DNA of 64,000 bases, taken from contig NC_058368.1 of assembly GCF_018350175.1 (NCBI RefSeq), forward strand, positions 79,856,001-79,920,000, given 5' to 3'. Each line of letters begins with the position of its first letter. Positions within the stretch are counted from its first letter, which is position 1. Positions 47,499-60,257 of this stretch are shown piece after piece. The DNA is from Felis catus. Taxonomy: Eukaryota. A model generated the notes under the pieces. It searched no databases and was not told the DNA's origin. It saw nothing but the letters and a program-made list of their open reading frames with translations. Both the position numbers and the translations under genes were made by a program.

Positions 47499-50400
47499 CT
47501 GGAAGGTACAGAGCAGGGACCCTGAGCACGGACAGGGACAGGGACAGCAGGACAGGGACAGCACAGGATGAAACCTGTTTGTTGTCTTCTCCTGTGCTGT
47601 CACACCTCCTCTCCACTCCCGCTTTCTGACTCAACCACATGCTTACAACACGGCTGACACGCCCACAGCTGACTCTCACTGATTTGATAAGCCCACCTCA
47701 GTACTAGAATAATAAATCCCCAAGACACCCAACACTTGCTGTTTAACCATCTGCTTTGGTGGAGGGGCCGAGGGACCGCTGACTTTCATTGTCTCCTTTG
47801 CGCATTCCAGTGTTTTCCAAACTTTCAACAATGAGCGTGGACTTTAGCAAACATAATTAACACTTGAAAGAGTTGGTGAAATGCAAGTGCTACAGCTTCC
47901 AGAACTCAGCACTTTGTTTTCAGCTAAGAATCATCTTCGATCTAAGAAATACATGTAGTGACTTAGAGGAACTAACAAATAATGCATCGGAGGCTGGATG
48001 TCCACGTGAGCCTGCCTCGGACGTACTCCAGACTCGATGCCAACAGACCAGTGGCGAGACCCTGTCTGTTCCAGGCGGGGATGGACACCGGGACACTGCA
48101 GTGGGAGTGACCCCCAAAGAACCGTCTCTAGGACAGGAGCTTCCCGAGCTGGGATGCCAGACACTCGGCCACTGGGACCGTACCCAGGAACAAATGAAAA
48201 CAACGCACAATCTTCTGACTCAGACCCGCTCAACTCAGGGAACCCTTCGATGGCAGGACACCGTTTTGTACAAGAAAAAAGAATTAAGCACTAGCAGTAA
48301 AATAATTACATTCAAGTCACAAAATGAACAGAGTGTTAGCAATGCTGACGAATGACTACAAATGGTGTTAATAATTACACCTAGTTATGCCGGAACATTT
48401 GCATGAAAATGGATGAGAAGTGGGCAGAGGCCTAAATTAGTCATTCGATTTTCCGTGGACGTGTGTGCGTGCGTGCGCACAGCTTTCTATTTTATTCACG
48501 CAAATGCAGATGAATTAAAAGCCTCGGTTAAACAACAGTTACTGAAATTGGCCTGTACATCTGCTACCATCTGTCTGCCTGACACGGAAAGCAGAAATAG
48601 AGCGTGGCAGACGGACGGCATTTGATGTCAGGCTCTCTCTGGGCTCAGGGTTTGGGAGGGGGGCTCGTCGAGAAGGTCATCCGGACACCGCCCCATCAGA
48701 TGGATAAGGGAACAGGGTCACAGACTGGAAGAGCTGGACAGCCCCTTGAAATTCAGACGGTTGAATCCCCCGGGTTATTCCGGCAAAGGCTGAGGCCACA
48801 GAGAGCGTGTCAGAGCCAGAACTGGGGCGCAGCAGCCCTGCTCTCCCAACAGTGGCCCTTCCGCCAGAACAATTAAACAATCAGTAGCGTGCGATAACTC
48901 AAGTCGACACGAAGCCAGAAATGTCTGCCCTGTTCTCAGGATGAAGGCAGAAAAGTTGCCAGCTTTTCTGCTTAAACAGAAGGATTCCGTGTTATTAACT
49001 CTTTCAAAAGGTTAAGCTTTAGGACCTCCCCAGAATAACCCGAAAGGCCCAAGACTTCACACAACCACGGGGTGAAAGTAACCATGGAAACTTGTGGGCT
49101 CAGAGACCAGAATGGAAGCGCTGTTCCAAAGGGAACGTGAGACAGCAGGCTGGGGGGGAGGGGGGGCAGGTTTCAGGATCCACGGGCTCCAGGACATGAC
49201 TGATAAAGTCCCTGCATGCTGAGCCTCTGGGGGTCAGGTAACAGAGATGCCAGGAGCTGAAATGTACAGGGCTGGGGCACCAAAGCATGCTGTCAGGGCG
49301 GGGGGGTCTTTCTGAAAGTGAGGGGGCCACAGGGGAAAACAAATCTGAGACCCAGGCTCATTTGGGAACATCACAAACGCATGCCACAGCCCCTTCCCTC
49401 AAGCAAATGGAAGTCAAAGGTCAGTTTTATCAAGGAGGTAAAATAGCAAACAAACATGAATAATCGTTTTCTACCTGTCGTCCAAGGGAAGCTGAACAAA
49501 AATACAAAGGTGGTTAGTTTTCCTTCCGGTACAACCCACATGGTCCTGAGCGTGGAAAGCCTCAACAGCGAAAGTCACAGGTACTCGCTGACATGTGTAA
49601 ACGACTGTCTGTTTTGAAAGGTGCCGCCCAGAAGTGTGAAGAACCTTTTTTCCATTTTAAGACCCATAAAGTAAGTTTCTTACAGCTCAAAAAGAAACAA
49701 CCCCCCCCCAAAAAAACCAAACCCAAAAAAGCTATCAGGAGATAGTTTAATGTAAGTCAATCTACAGTTTTTGTATTTTAATATTAGGGCACCTCCCAGC
49801 CCTTCCATCCTGGGGTCCCGTGTGGTACAGGTCCCTGAATAAGACTGATCTGCCAGGACCGCAGAGCCAGAGACAGGTACCAGAACCCGAAATCCTCCCC
49901 CAAATCCCCACGGCCTGGGGCTCTGAGCACTGGTTCCAGCGCTTACTTCCTGCTCCCTCTTCCCACTGACCACAGGACCCTGCCTTACCCTTCTTCATAG
50001 TCAAAAGCTGCCTGGTTCTTTAAAGGGAGTGTAGAAAGGCTCAAGTTAGTCCCCACTCTCACCTTCCTGAAGCAAACTTGTCCTGCCTTGTTATTCTGTT
50101 CATCCTTTATTACCTTAGTGTGTTAACAAGTAAAACTATAGAACGGCTTCTTGGTCACATGAATTCATACCTTTGTCACTTTTCTATTACTTCTGAGTAC
50201 AGCTAAGGAATCAGCTTTTAACTAGAAGGAATGAGACAAAAATAGGACCTCCATGCACTTCTCAGTCATACTAATTCCAATTTCCCGTATTAGTTCCTAT
50301 CAGGCAGACTCTGGGGGACTTGAAAACATGCTCCAGACATTAATTAGTGTGGAAAGCACTTCATTTGGGAAGCTGCTTGGTCAAACATGTGAATTGTCAG

Positions 50401-50624
50401 TGGGAATTTACCCTAAGGAAACAAAAGTTAGTGTGGGGGGGGGTACAAAAAATCTCGATAGGTATACATTTTTATGTATACAACAAATCTGTATAATCTT
50501 TGTGTATAAAGCACAGATATACAGAATGTCTGCGGTATTAGTTTCATAGAGACACTTCACACCCATATTTGAGCTCCTGCATTAAATACCACTGAACTCG
50601 GCACTTAGAAATGGTTAAGATGAT

Positions 50625-50807
50625 GGGGCGCCTGGGTGGCTCAGTCGATTAAGCACCAGACTTTGGCTTAGGTCATGATTTCAGGGTTTGTGGGTTCGAG
50701 CCCCGTGTTGGGCTCTGTGCTGACAGCTCAGAGCCTGGAGCCTGCTTCAGATTCTGTGTCTCCCTCTCTCTCAAAAATAAATAAACATTAAAAAATTTTT
50801 TTTAAAA
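50625..50807 (+). mobile_element. CAN-SINE within an old L1 fragment
   Basis: Perfect 18-bp TSD agaaatggttaagatgat 50607-50624/50808-50825. Confidence 0.94.
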
Positions 50808-51117
50808 AGAAATGGTTAAGATGATTGATTTTATGTCTGTTTTACTACAATTAAAATAACAACAAAATTTTTAAATTTCAAAGCGGTGGGCGATTCAGAA
50901 GAAAAAAATATTAAAAGGCTCCTCGGGGAGATAATTATTTAAGAAAACAAAGTTGAGAATGCTGCTCTAAGGCCTGCTGGGGACTCCAGAGATGTTGCTT
51001 CATGGGGGAAAGGGCGACCAGACCACCCCAGTGAGTCACACAGAATAGGAATTCTGCCCCGAAGCTGGGCAGTGCCTCTTGAAGGCATCACACTGTAATT
51101 CTGAAAGAGGATAGCTT

Positions 51118-51320
51118 GGGACACCTGGGCAGGGGTCAGTCAGTTAAGCGTCTGACTCTTGATTTGGGCTCAGGTCATAGTCTCACAGTTCATGAGTTCA
51201 ATCCCTGCATCAGGCTCTGTGCTCATAGCACAGAGAGACTCTCTCTCTGCTTAAGAGACTCTCCCCATCCCTCTCTCTGCCTCCGCCCGTTCTCTAAACA
51301 AATAAACTTAAAAAAAAAGA
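51118..51320 (+). mobile_element. CAN-SINE
   Basis: Diverged SINEC body. Confidence 0.85.
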
Positions 51321-51516
51321 GAGAGAGAATAACTAACTTTTATACCAAATGATTTTATGTCTGATCTCTATTACAAAACTCTGATATCATAAACAATAAG
51401 CTGGCAACAGGTCAAAAGCTTTGGGGAAAAAAAACGAAGCAACAACCTCTGCCTAGACTACAAGCGGTTTTTCTTCTTCGATTATATACATCTGCTCCTA
51501 CAAGTGCCCAACTCAC

Positions 51517-51694
51517 CTGCTAATGAACGGTCTGATATTGTCACCGGCGATGGGCGCCATAGACATGGGCATGGGCTCAGGGGTGGACAGCCAGTAGGAG
51601 TAGTCATTTCGGGAGGCGAAGTTGCACACGTTGTTGATGTTACAGAACAGGAAGGGCATCGTGCTGAACTTGCGCAGGCAGCTCCCAGCCGTGC
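51517..51694 (-). CDS. COL4A1: COL4A1 exon 49 equivalent, NC1
   Basis: 178 nt; [60 protein letters not shown]; contains NC1 Met93 (sulfilimine crosslink residue, counted from SVDHG). Confidence 0.98.
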
Positions 51695-51982
51695 CTACAG
51701 CCACAGGGAGACACAGGTTCAAGTCCCGGCTCTGTAATCAGTCTGCCTCCTCACAACACAACCATTAAGGTGGAAATAAAACTGCTTTCAATTACAGGCA
51801 GAAAGGAGGCAAATACACCACACAGGCAAGTATGGTTGTAAATGAGCATTAACTTAAATTTAAAGTGATTCAAGGCAGAAGAAACCCTATAAAGAATTAT
51901 GTAGGATATTTTGAGTAAGGGAAACACACCAGTTTATCAGTAGAGAAAAATCTTTTATAAAACTGAACCCCAAAGTTGCTAC

Positions 51983-52285
51983 GGATTCTGTCTCCCTCTC
52001 TCTCTGCCCTGACCCCACTCACGTTCTCCCTCTCTCAAAACTAAATAAACGTTAAAAAAAATTTTTTTTTAAACGGGTGCCCGGGTGGCTCGGTCGGTTA
52101 AACGTCCGACTTTGGCTCAGGTCATGATCTCACTGCTCATGAATTCAAGCCCCGTGTTGGGCTCTGTGCTGACAGCTCGGAGCCTGGAGCCTACTTCGGA
52201 TTCTGTGTCTCCCTCTCTCTCTGCTCCTGCCCTGCTCACACACTCTCTCTCAAAAATTAATAACCACTAAAAATTTTTTTAAAAA
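51983..52285 (+). mobile_element. 5'-truncated SINE (51983-52073) with a full SINE (52075-52285) in its tail
   Basis: Inner aaaaatttttttaaa duplication; outer aaactgaa flanks. Confidence 0.85.
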
Positions 52286-52917
52286 AACTGAATTCCAAGG
52301 GAAATTTAACATGTGGCTCCTGGTACAGCGGACAGTAACCCTGGACAATGTCTTCAATGACTATTTTGCCAAAAATGTAGATTCTCCTTACAGGCGGCTT
52401 GTTCTTTCCAACCTCCATAAAGGTTAACGTGCGTGACACTGCACTAACTTGGTGAAGGACGTCCGGTGGGGACAAGAGAAATGACAGCCAACGGACAGCT
52501 GTCCCATGGAGACTCACCGGGGGTGGGGCTTGGAGCCTGCAGAGAGACTCAGGATAGGGGCGCACGCTCGGGTTTTAGCCAGAGCACCTGTAAAGCTGCC
52601 CTATTTTAAGAAGACCGACACTAGCTGTGAAGCATGTATTCCGGAAATCTTGACCTACTTGATAGTTTGAAGACCAGATCAAAAGTTTTATCAATTTAAA
52701 AGCTTTCAGAGACTCAGCCTTGACATTTCCCTGTGCTAATGAGGCAGCTGTTGAGCTGGTGGTTGGTCGTGTGAGGGGGGAGGGAAGCGGAACCAGGCCC
52801 TCTTCTTGCTAACGACGTCTCTGTGGCGCCCTGACGTGCGGGGCTGGGGACAGCTCTGCCGGCCTCGGCACGCCACGAGTCTGTGTCGGATGAATGCACA
52901 CGTCCCCGCGGTCTCAC

Positions 52918-53130
52918 CCAAGTCCTGGCCGTGCGCCCGCTCGTTGCCTTGCACGTAGAGCAGGGAGTACCCGTGGTAAAGAATTTTGGTCCCAGGAGGA
53001 CACTGCGGGTCGTCCGTCGTCTGACTGTGCCGGGTCACCAGGAAGCCATGATCAACAGATGGGGTGCCTGGGGGACCCATGGATCCTGGCAACCCGTCGG
53101 GGCCTGGCGGGCCTGGAAACCCTCTTGGAC
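52918..53130 (-). CDS. COL4A1: COL4A1 exon 48 equivalent, helix/NC1 junction
   Basis: 213 nt; [71 protein letters not shown]; [13 protein letters not shown] is the alpha1(IV) NC1 start. Confidence 0.98.
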
Positions 53131-53893
53131 CTGGAAGACAGAGAGGAGTGAGCTTCCCCGGGTGCAGACAGGTGCCCTGGGATAACCCGCCTCCACGCTG
53201 CCCCCCTTTCTTTCCCTTTGCACGGACCCCCCACGATGCTTGAGAAACACGGTGCTCGGTGCCAAGCAGACGCTCAGAAAATGGAGTCCAATATAAACAC
53301 AATATGTGAAAAGGAATATATGAGGGAATGTGTCATTCAGACAACATTTGGGGGCTCCTCCAGGGAGGAAGGACCACAGAATTACTAGAAAAAAAAAAAA
53401 ACTCCTTTTAAAAGGTGGCTTCCTGCCATGGCAGCCCAGCACCGCGCAAGGACACAGGGTAGTGAGGGTGCGTCCTTCCCCATCCCCTCGGTAGCTACAC
53501 TGTCTGCAACGCTGCTGGCCGGCCTCCTGCTGGGCTGGGCACACCCCCCCCCCGAACCCCCCCCCCTTCCAGTGGAGGCCTCAGCCTTTACCATCTCAGT
53601 CAACATGGGACAGCAGAGTGTCTGCTTCCTTGGGCAGCACACCGACTGCATTTCATGCCGGATGGTGGCCTCTCGGCCACCACCGGCATCGTCATCCACC
53701 CCTCTTGTCCACTGCTGATACACAATTTCTGTGGCTGCAGCCTGCCCCCCACCCCCACCACAGGAAGCCCCAGGCCGTCACTGCTGGCCATCTTCTAACA
53801 ACATCTGGAAATCACTGGCTGAGATCAACATCTGTCTCTCCACACGGAAAAAATGACAACTTTACCTCTTCTAGATGAGCTTATTTGCCCTTA

Positions 53894-53900
<7 letters not shown>

Positions 53901-53942
<42 letters not shown>
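53901..53942. repeat. (CA)n microsatellite, (UG)n in pre-mRNA, intron 47
   Basis: Pure run. Confidence 0.95.
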
Positions 53943-53944
<2 letters not shown>

Positions 53945-54089
53945 CTTCCTCAGAAATCTTGCAGGCAATGTTTTCAATTCCATTTTGCAGGCGTCTGCAC
54001 ACCTGACTTCCAGCGTGTGCCCCAGAGATGCGGGCAGAGGGCAGCTGGCGGGGTGTGGGGGGGCTGGCAGGGTGCCGCAGCAAACCTAC

Positions 54090-54188
54090 CAGGGGGGCCA
54101 AAGGGTCCCGTCTCTCCTTTCTGGCCAGGAGCACCGTCAAAACCCGGAACACCTGGAGGTCCAGGCAAGCCCACGGATCCTGTCACAC
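54090..54188 (-). CDS. COL4A1: COL4A1 exon 47 equivalent
   Basis: 99 nt, cacag|GTGTG...CCTG|gtaggt; GVTGSVGLPGPPGVPGFDGAPGQKGETGPFGPP. Confidence 0.96.
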
Positions 54189-55142
54189 CTGTGGGAAAGT
54201 GAAAGGAGCTGGTGACAAAGGCCTGGAGCACAGGCGGGTGCCACTTTGTCCTCCCTTCTGAAATGTCTCCGTAGCCTAAGGCCGGCAGCAGCAGTGACAC
54301 TGTTCTCCCAGACAGCCTGGAGCCCCTCCTGTGAAGTCTTGTTGGCACCGGCCGCATCCAAACTGGCGTTCGCAGGGCGCAGACCCCCCCCCGTCTAACC
54401 CAGACCGCGCGCCGCGCCCCCCCCCCCCCCCCGCCACCTGGCTGCTCACTGCTACCTTGTGGCACCTGGCTTTGGGAAAGGCAGTGATGTGGCAGGGAGG
54501 GAGGGCTGTGACCCAGTTTTGTGTTCTCAATCATCTTCCCCAGGCCGTGTTTCCGCACCCCAAGTAATTCTTACGTGACAGACAGACCCGTGGACAGGTC
54601 TTTGATTCCATGTGGGCCCTTTCTTCCCAGGAAGTTTAAAGTGAAATTTTCACGGATGCCTCCTCCTAAGTATAGAGTCTTCCTTCCCCTCTACCGTCCA
54701 GCCACCCCTCACCAGCAGCTCTTAAGACAGGGAGGGCTCAGCCCAACTAAGCAGCAAGTGCCAGGTTGGGTGTCTGGGGACCCCAAGCACGAGCACAGGC
54801 CACTGTCAAGGCCCATTCTCATGGTTCCAGATCAATGCCTCCAGCCACCTCTTGTCTTCTAGCTGAACAAGATAGTCTCTGTGCTGCGGCCCATGTCTTC
54901 CCCAAGTGAGCACAGGTCCCTGGATGTTCCTCTGGCTTCTCCTATATTTTGTTCTGGCTTTTGAGTTCCCTTCAGAAACTTCATTAGGTTTTGATATCCA
55001 TTAAAGGAAATCAAGAAAGTCCTATTCAAATATACACCTGTACGGCCGTCACCCAGAGACCCTGGCTTGGGACACATTGGTGAGGAGCAGACCCTGCCCT
55101 GTTTCCTTCTGACCCCACACCTCCCCTTTGCTATTTTCTTAC

Positions 55143-55271
55143 CTTGCTGTCCTTTGGGGCCTGGTGGTCCCGGAAGCCCCTTCAGACCTGGGGGACCCTC
55201 TGGACCAGGGAGTCCTGGCTCTCCTTTGATGATGTCGTAGGGCCCTGGGGGGCCTGGGGGCCCAGGGAGGC
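55143..55271 (-). CDS. COL4A1: COL4A1 exon 46 equivalent
   Basis: 129 nt, cacag|GCCTC...CAAG|gtaaga; [43 protein letters not shown], including the PYDIIK interruption. Confidence 0.97.
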
Positions 55272-55527
55272 CTGTGGGAATCAGGGGGGCCACCGGTCAG
55301 TTCCACTGTCAACATTCGCGGGAGCAGATCCCAGCATGAAACGCAATCCAAACACGTTTCTCAGAAGTCGCTCAGTATCAAAAACACATGTAATAGGTCT
55401 TCACGAGACGTACACGTACCTACACCTTGCTACTGTTCAACATAAAGTCCCGAATCCTTGGGACTGACCGATGTTGGGGTCATTACTACAAACTGGGAGC
55501 TGGGTCCCGGAGCCCCTGACAACTGCG

Positions 55528-55544
55528 GGCCAGCAGGTGGGGCT
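55528..55544 (+). promoter_or_regulatory. Possible CTCF site
   Basis: GGCCAGCAGGTGGGGCT is one mismatch from the CCASYAGRKGGCRS core; motif match only. Confidence 0.3.
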
Positions 55545-55832
55545 CCATGCCTCCCAGGGATCCCTCCCCGACCCGGAGAGCTACAGCCTGTGCAATTAGG
55601 TCTCATCTTATGCTTCTCTGAAATCTGCCTTATGGACATTATAACCAGTCTTCATCCCTCAGTGACGCAAAAACTTCATCCTTCTGCACGACAGCTCCCG
55701 AAAGATAAGCGGCAGCGAAGGAGTGCGGAGGCTCTCAGTCAGCCCCGGCCCTGCTTTCTTCAGCCAGACATCGCCAGTCCTGTCCTGCCTTCCACACACT
55801 GTCCCCATTTCTTTCACTCCCCCATCGTACTT

Positions 55833-56087
55833 TTTAAATTTTTTTTAACATTTATTCATCTTTGAGAGACAGAGAGAGACAGAGCGCGAGTGGGGGAGGG
55901 GCAGAGAGAGAGGGAGACACAGAATCCGAAGCAGGCTCCAGGCTCTGAGCTGTCAGCACAGAACACAACATGGGGCTTGAACCCACAAACTGTGAGATCA
56001 CGACCTGAGCAGAAGTCGGACGCTTAACCGACTGAGCCACACAGGCACCCCTAACCTTTCTTTAGTTTTTTTTAATGTTTATTTATT

Positions 56088-56135
<48 letters not shown>

Positions 56136-56291
56136 TGAGGAGGGGAGAGTCAGAGAGAGAGGGAGACCCAGGCAGGCTCCAGGCTCTGAGCTGTCAGCAC
56201 AGAGCCTGACATGGGGCTCGAACCCACGAACCGTGAGATCATGACCTGAGCCCAAGTTGGACGCCCAACCGACTGAGCCACCCAGGTGCCC
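55833..56291 (-). mobile_element. Two head-to-tail CAN-SINEs (55833-56051 and 56060-56291)
   Basis: Shared outer TSD cccatcgtactt 55821-55832/56293-56304. Confidence 0.92.
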
Positions 56292-56833
56292 ACCCATCGT
56301 ACTTCTTAATGCACTCTGCTGGCTCAGTCTGTCTCTCGAAACATGATTTCAAAAATCATGGAACCCTAGAAACATGGTCAGACCAGCAGAAACTGGAACT
56401 GGATGCCTGTCATACTTAGACCATTTCCTCCCATCTCGGGAGGCGGTCTTGGAGGCCGGGAGTCGCCGCATGCGGGGGGACAGACGGCGCAGAAGCCACA
56501 GAAGACTCTTTCTTGTGCAAAACTCCTTGCTGCCCAGCCCCCTTTCACACAGGCCCCACCTTAACCTGAGGACACCAAGCAGAGCCTGTAGGACTGCGAG
56601 TCTTGAGTCTGTCGACCCTCCCTGGCTGGATTCACCAGTCTGACTTTTAAGATGCGTCGCTAATAAAATGCCGACTAGGGTAGCCTCACACAGCAGTCCT
56701 GACAAGCTACCAAAGAATTCTTAATCAGCTGCTTGCCACTTATACTCAAGCCGCTTCTCATGGGCAAAACCAAACCCTGATCCACGCGTTCACACCGTCG
56801 GCAAGGCCCCACCAGCCCAGCGCGTGCTCCTAC

Positions 56834-56905
56834 CTTTGCTTCCAGGGAAGCCCTGGTCACCCGGATCGCCCTTAGCTCCCTGCAGGCCGGGGAGGCCTTT
56901 CTGAC
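56834..56905 (-). CDS. COL4A1: COL4A1 exon 45 equivalent
   Basis: 72 nt, ttccag|GTCAG...AAAG|gtagga; GQKGLPGLQGAKGDPGDQGFPGSK. Confidence 0.96.
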
Positions 56906-57417
56906 CTGGAAGAAAGAAGAACATTGTCTCTGCCCAGAACCCCCGAATCCCCAACAATATGCAAGCACGGGCGCATGCACGCACGTCCACGTTCACGCAT
57001 ACACACACACGCAGGGAACGTATTTCCAATCAACTGTCAGAGAAGAAAAGAACATTCCTTCCGGTCAGCTATGTAAACTTTTTAATGACACTCTCCCCTC
57101 TAGAACCTGGAAGTCACATTTTTCCCAACCTGCAAACGTTCCCAAACCATAAAATGACCACAAAAAGCAGACAGGCACATGATCCTGCTGGGGTCACAGT
57201 TTGGGTCACCCATGTCCCCAGACAGACCCCAAGACACCTGTAAGCTGGGAACTGGTTTTAGTCACCTGTCGTTCATATGTATCTGATTCGGCAGGAAAAG
57301 AGCGATGCCTGGGAGCCGGGAGGCAGCCAGTACATGCTGGCTTAATACGTTATAAATCAGTGCCCCGAATCCATGAGGTCTGACATACAAATGATGTACT
57401 AATTCTCTGTTCTTAAT

Positions 57418-57591
57418 TTTTTTGAGTTTATTTATTTGAGAGAGAGACACAGGGAGAGAGAGAATCTCAAGCAGGCTCCGCACTGTCAGCCCTGAGCCCA
57501 ATGTGGGGTTCGATCCCACAAACTGTGAGATCACGACCTGAGCCGAGATCCAGAGTCGGACGCTTCACCGACTGAGCCCCCCAGGCGCCCC
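57418..57591 (-). mobile_element. CAN-SINE, intron 44
   Basis: Reverse body; ttcttaat flanks. Confidence 0.9.
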
Positions 57592-57791
57592 TGTAAACTG
57601 ATTCTTAATAAGAAAATCAGAGCGTCTTTACACAGCCATTCATAGGATGATACAAATCAGGCTGCCACACAGACACGGCATTTTTAACTTGAAGAAAACC
57701 CGATCTTGCGTTGTGACCCAGCTGGCCTATCGGTGTGAAAGTGCCAGCGGACAGGTTCTGTCTTCAAGCAGCACCTCCTTTACTGTCTTAC

Positions 57792-57864
57792 CTTGAAATC
57801 CTGGAACTCCCGGAGGTCCTATGTCACCCTTAGAGCCCGTGAGTCCTGGAGAGCCACCGATTCC
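57792..57864 (-). CDS. COL4A1: COL4A1 exon 44 equivalent
   Basis: 73 nt, tctag|GGAATC...CAAG|gtaaga; GIGGSPGLTGSKGDIGPPGVPGFQ (translated by hand). Confidence 0.95.
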
Positions 57865-58321
57865 CTAGACACACACACAGAGCGTCAGCTGGGAGTCGCT
57901 AGGACACCGTAAGTCTCTCAAGTAGCCTGGAAGTCGGGAGGCTGGGGCAGCCCCTCAGTGTTCCCCAAGAGGCTCTGGGAACAAATGGGGCCTATGTGCA
58001 GCCGCAGTAGGAAGCTGGGAACTGGCACGTGTCGCTTCGCTCCCCTGTCCCCTGTCCCCATCTGTCTGAGTGGTGACTTCCCAGAGCAGGTGCAAGGCCC
58101 GCGACCTACCACCCCTCCCCCACAGCACAGGGCCGAGAACAGATCTGGGACTTTCTGAACACTGTCGTGGCAACATGTCAATCTTTCAACACCAAACTAC
58201 CTTCTGGAAACTTTCCTCCAGACACTCAAGCATAACGAAATTTCTTTAGAATTAGTTTAATATCTTATCTGAAAAGTGATTTTAAATGTGGAGAGAAAAA
58301 AACAAATACTAAGGAGGATTA

Positions 58322-58528
58322 TTTTTAAGTTTACTTTTACTTGTTATGAGAGAGAGAGAGCATGCGAGCAGGGCAGGGGCAAAGACAGAGGGACAGAGAG
58401 AAGCCCAAGGAGGCTTGCACTGTCAGTGGGGAGCCCGATGCAGGGCTCGAACTCATGAACTGTGAGATCATGACCTGAGCAGAAACCAAGAGTCAGACCC
58501 TTAACCGACTGAGCCACCCAGGCACCTC
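58322..58528 (-). mobile_element. CAN-SINE, intron 43
   Basis: Reverse body. Confidence 0.9.
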
Positions 58529-58701
58529 TACGTTTCTCTCTAATATAGCAACATTCATGTTTGGAAATGTATTCTCTCATTTTTCTGGCTATTTCAATAC
58601 AACTCCTTCTCTAGCTCCTTTCTCAACATATAGTAAGTTGTACTGTTTCTCACATGTATTTGTGTCTCTGCTTTACCTTGTTTAAAAAGATGTCCTAACA
58701 A

Positions 58702-58891
58702 GGGGCGCCTGGATGGCTCAGTCGGTTGAGCGTCCGACTTTGGCCCAGGTCATGATCTCGCCATCTGTGAGTTCAAGCCCCACGTCAGGCTCTGTGCTGA
58801 CAGCTCAGAGCCTGGAGCCTGCTTCAGATTCTGTGTCTCCCTCTCTCTCTGCCCCTCCCCCTCCCTCTCAAAAATAAAGATTTAAAAAAAA
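58702..58891 (+). mobile_element. CAN-SINE, intron 43
   Basis: TSD tgtcctaac. Confidence 0.93.
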
Positions 58892-59060
58892 GTGTCCTAA
58901 CGAAAACACACACAAATATAAGTATGTATACACACACGCACACACATACACACGCGTCTATACATGTACATGGAAACAGACAGCCAGCCACTGACGGCAC
59001 CAGAACTAGGGAGTGTATTTGTCACTGAGGCTTGCTGTCTTCATCAAGCGTGTAAACAGA

Positions 59061-59280
59061 TTTTTTTTTAATTTTTTACTGTTTATTCAGTTTTGAGAGA
59101 GAGAGAGACAGAGCGTGAGCGGGGTAGGGGCAGAGAGAAAGGGAGACACAGAATCTGAAGCAGGCTCCAGGCTCCGAGCTGTCAGCACAGAGCCCGACGT
59201 GGGGCTCAAGCTCACGGACTGTGAGATCATGACCTGAGCTGAAGTCAGATGCCTAACCAACTGAGCCATCCAGGGGTCCC
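59061..59280 (-). mobile_element. CAN-SINE, intron 43
   Basis: taaacag(g)attttt flanks. Confidence 0.93.
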
Positions 59281-59480
59281 TAAACAGGATTTTTAACCCA
59301 GGCACTGAGCGGTGATCCTGTGTGACATTCCCCTTTCACAGTCCTTGTAAAATTGCACAAGAAAGAACGTGGGAACAGCAGCCTACTATGATGTCAGGAA
59401 AGACAGCTGATGGCCAGCAAGGGGCAGGAGCCCTCTCCAGTCCTGGAGAGGATTTAGGACTGTGACGCCCGTGGACAGGT

Positions 59481-59482
<2 letters not shown>

Positions 59483-59518
<36 letters not shown>
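59483..59518. repeat. (CA)n microsatellite, (UG)n in pre-mRNA, intron 43
   Basis: Pure run starting about 48 nt after the exon 43 donor. Confidence 0.95.
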
Positions 59519-59519
<1 letters not shown>

Positions 59520-59566
59520 GTGCTGTGATCCTGTTCACACACAAGACCGACAAACAGACAACTCAC

Positions 59567-59700
59567 AGGCAGGCCCTGGAATCCTGGATCTCCCTTGGGT
59601 CCTGGAGCACCGGGAGCCCCTGGCCAGCCTGGGTTTCCTTTGTCACCTTTCAGTCCATCAAGCCCGGGGAGCCCCGGAGGCCCCATGGGTCCCGGAAGCC
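59567..59700 (-). CDS. COL4A1: COL4A1 exon 43 equivalent
   Basis: 134 nt, gtcag|GGCTT...CCT|gtgagt; [45 protein letters not shown]. Confidence 0.97.
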
Positions 59701-60257
59701 CTGACAGGAGACACAGAAGTGACAATCTGAGGTGAGAGGGTGATTTTATGGACAAGTGTCTTGGGCTTGGCTGTCATCCCCGCTGCCCAGCTGTCCCCAA
59801 CCAGGGGCAACAATAGTGGATCAGGCCATGTGAGCACAGCAGAAACCCAGCAGGTCCTCAAAGGGACAACCTGCTCAACAGGCAGAAAATGTTGATATGA
59901 ATGCGCTGGCCCAAGCATCCAGTGTCTCACACAGTGCAGGGCACGCCAGAATGACCATGTTCCAAGCCACCACGGGTGACTCTCATGCTCCAGTCTTTTC
60001 CAATAACGTCTAGTCTACCTGTAATCACTTGTCATATCTACCGTGTTCTTTCACAGAAAGGACACAGGCCTCTAGCGGAGGCCAAAACACAAGGGTCCCC
60101 AAATGGCGTAAGCAGTTTCAAGTTATAGGAAATGTTACGAACCTCTAAGTAAAAAAGTTCAATTGAAGGTTTAAGTATTTAAATCTCGTTTACACTCGTG
60201 TGTGTGTTTGTGCCTTCTGGTTCAGTCCCGGCTCTGGCCCCGGTGAGACACCCTTAC

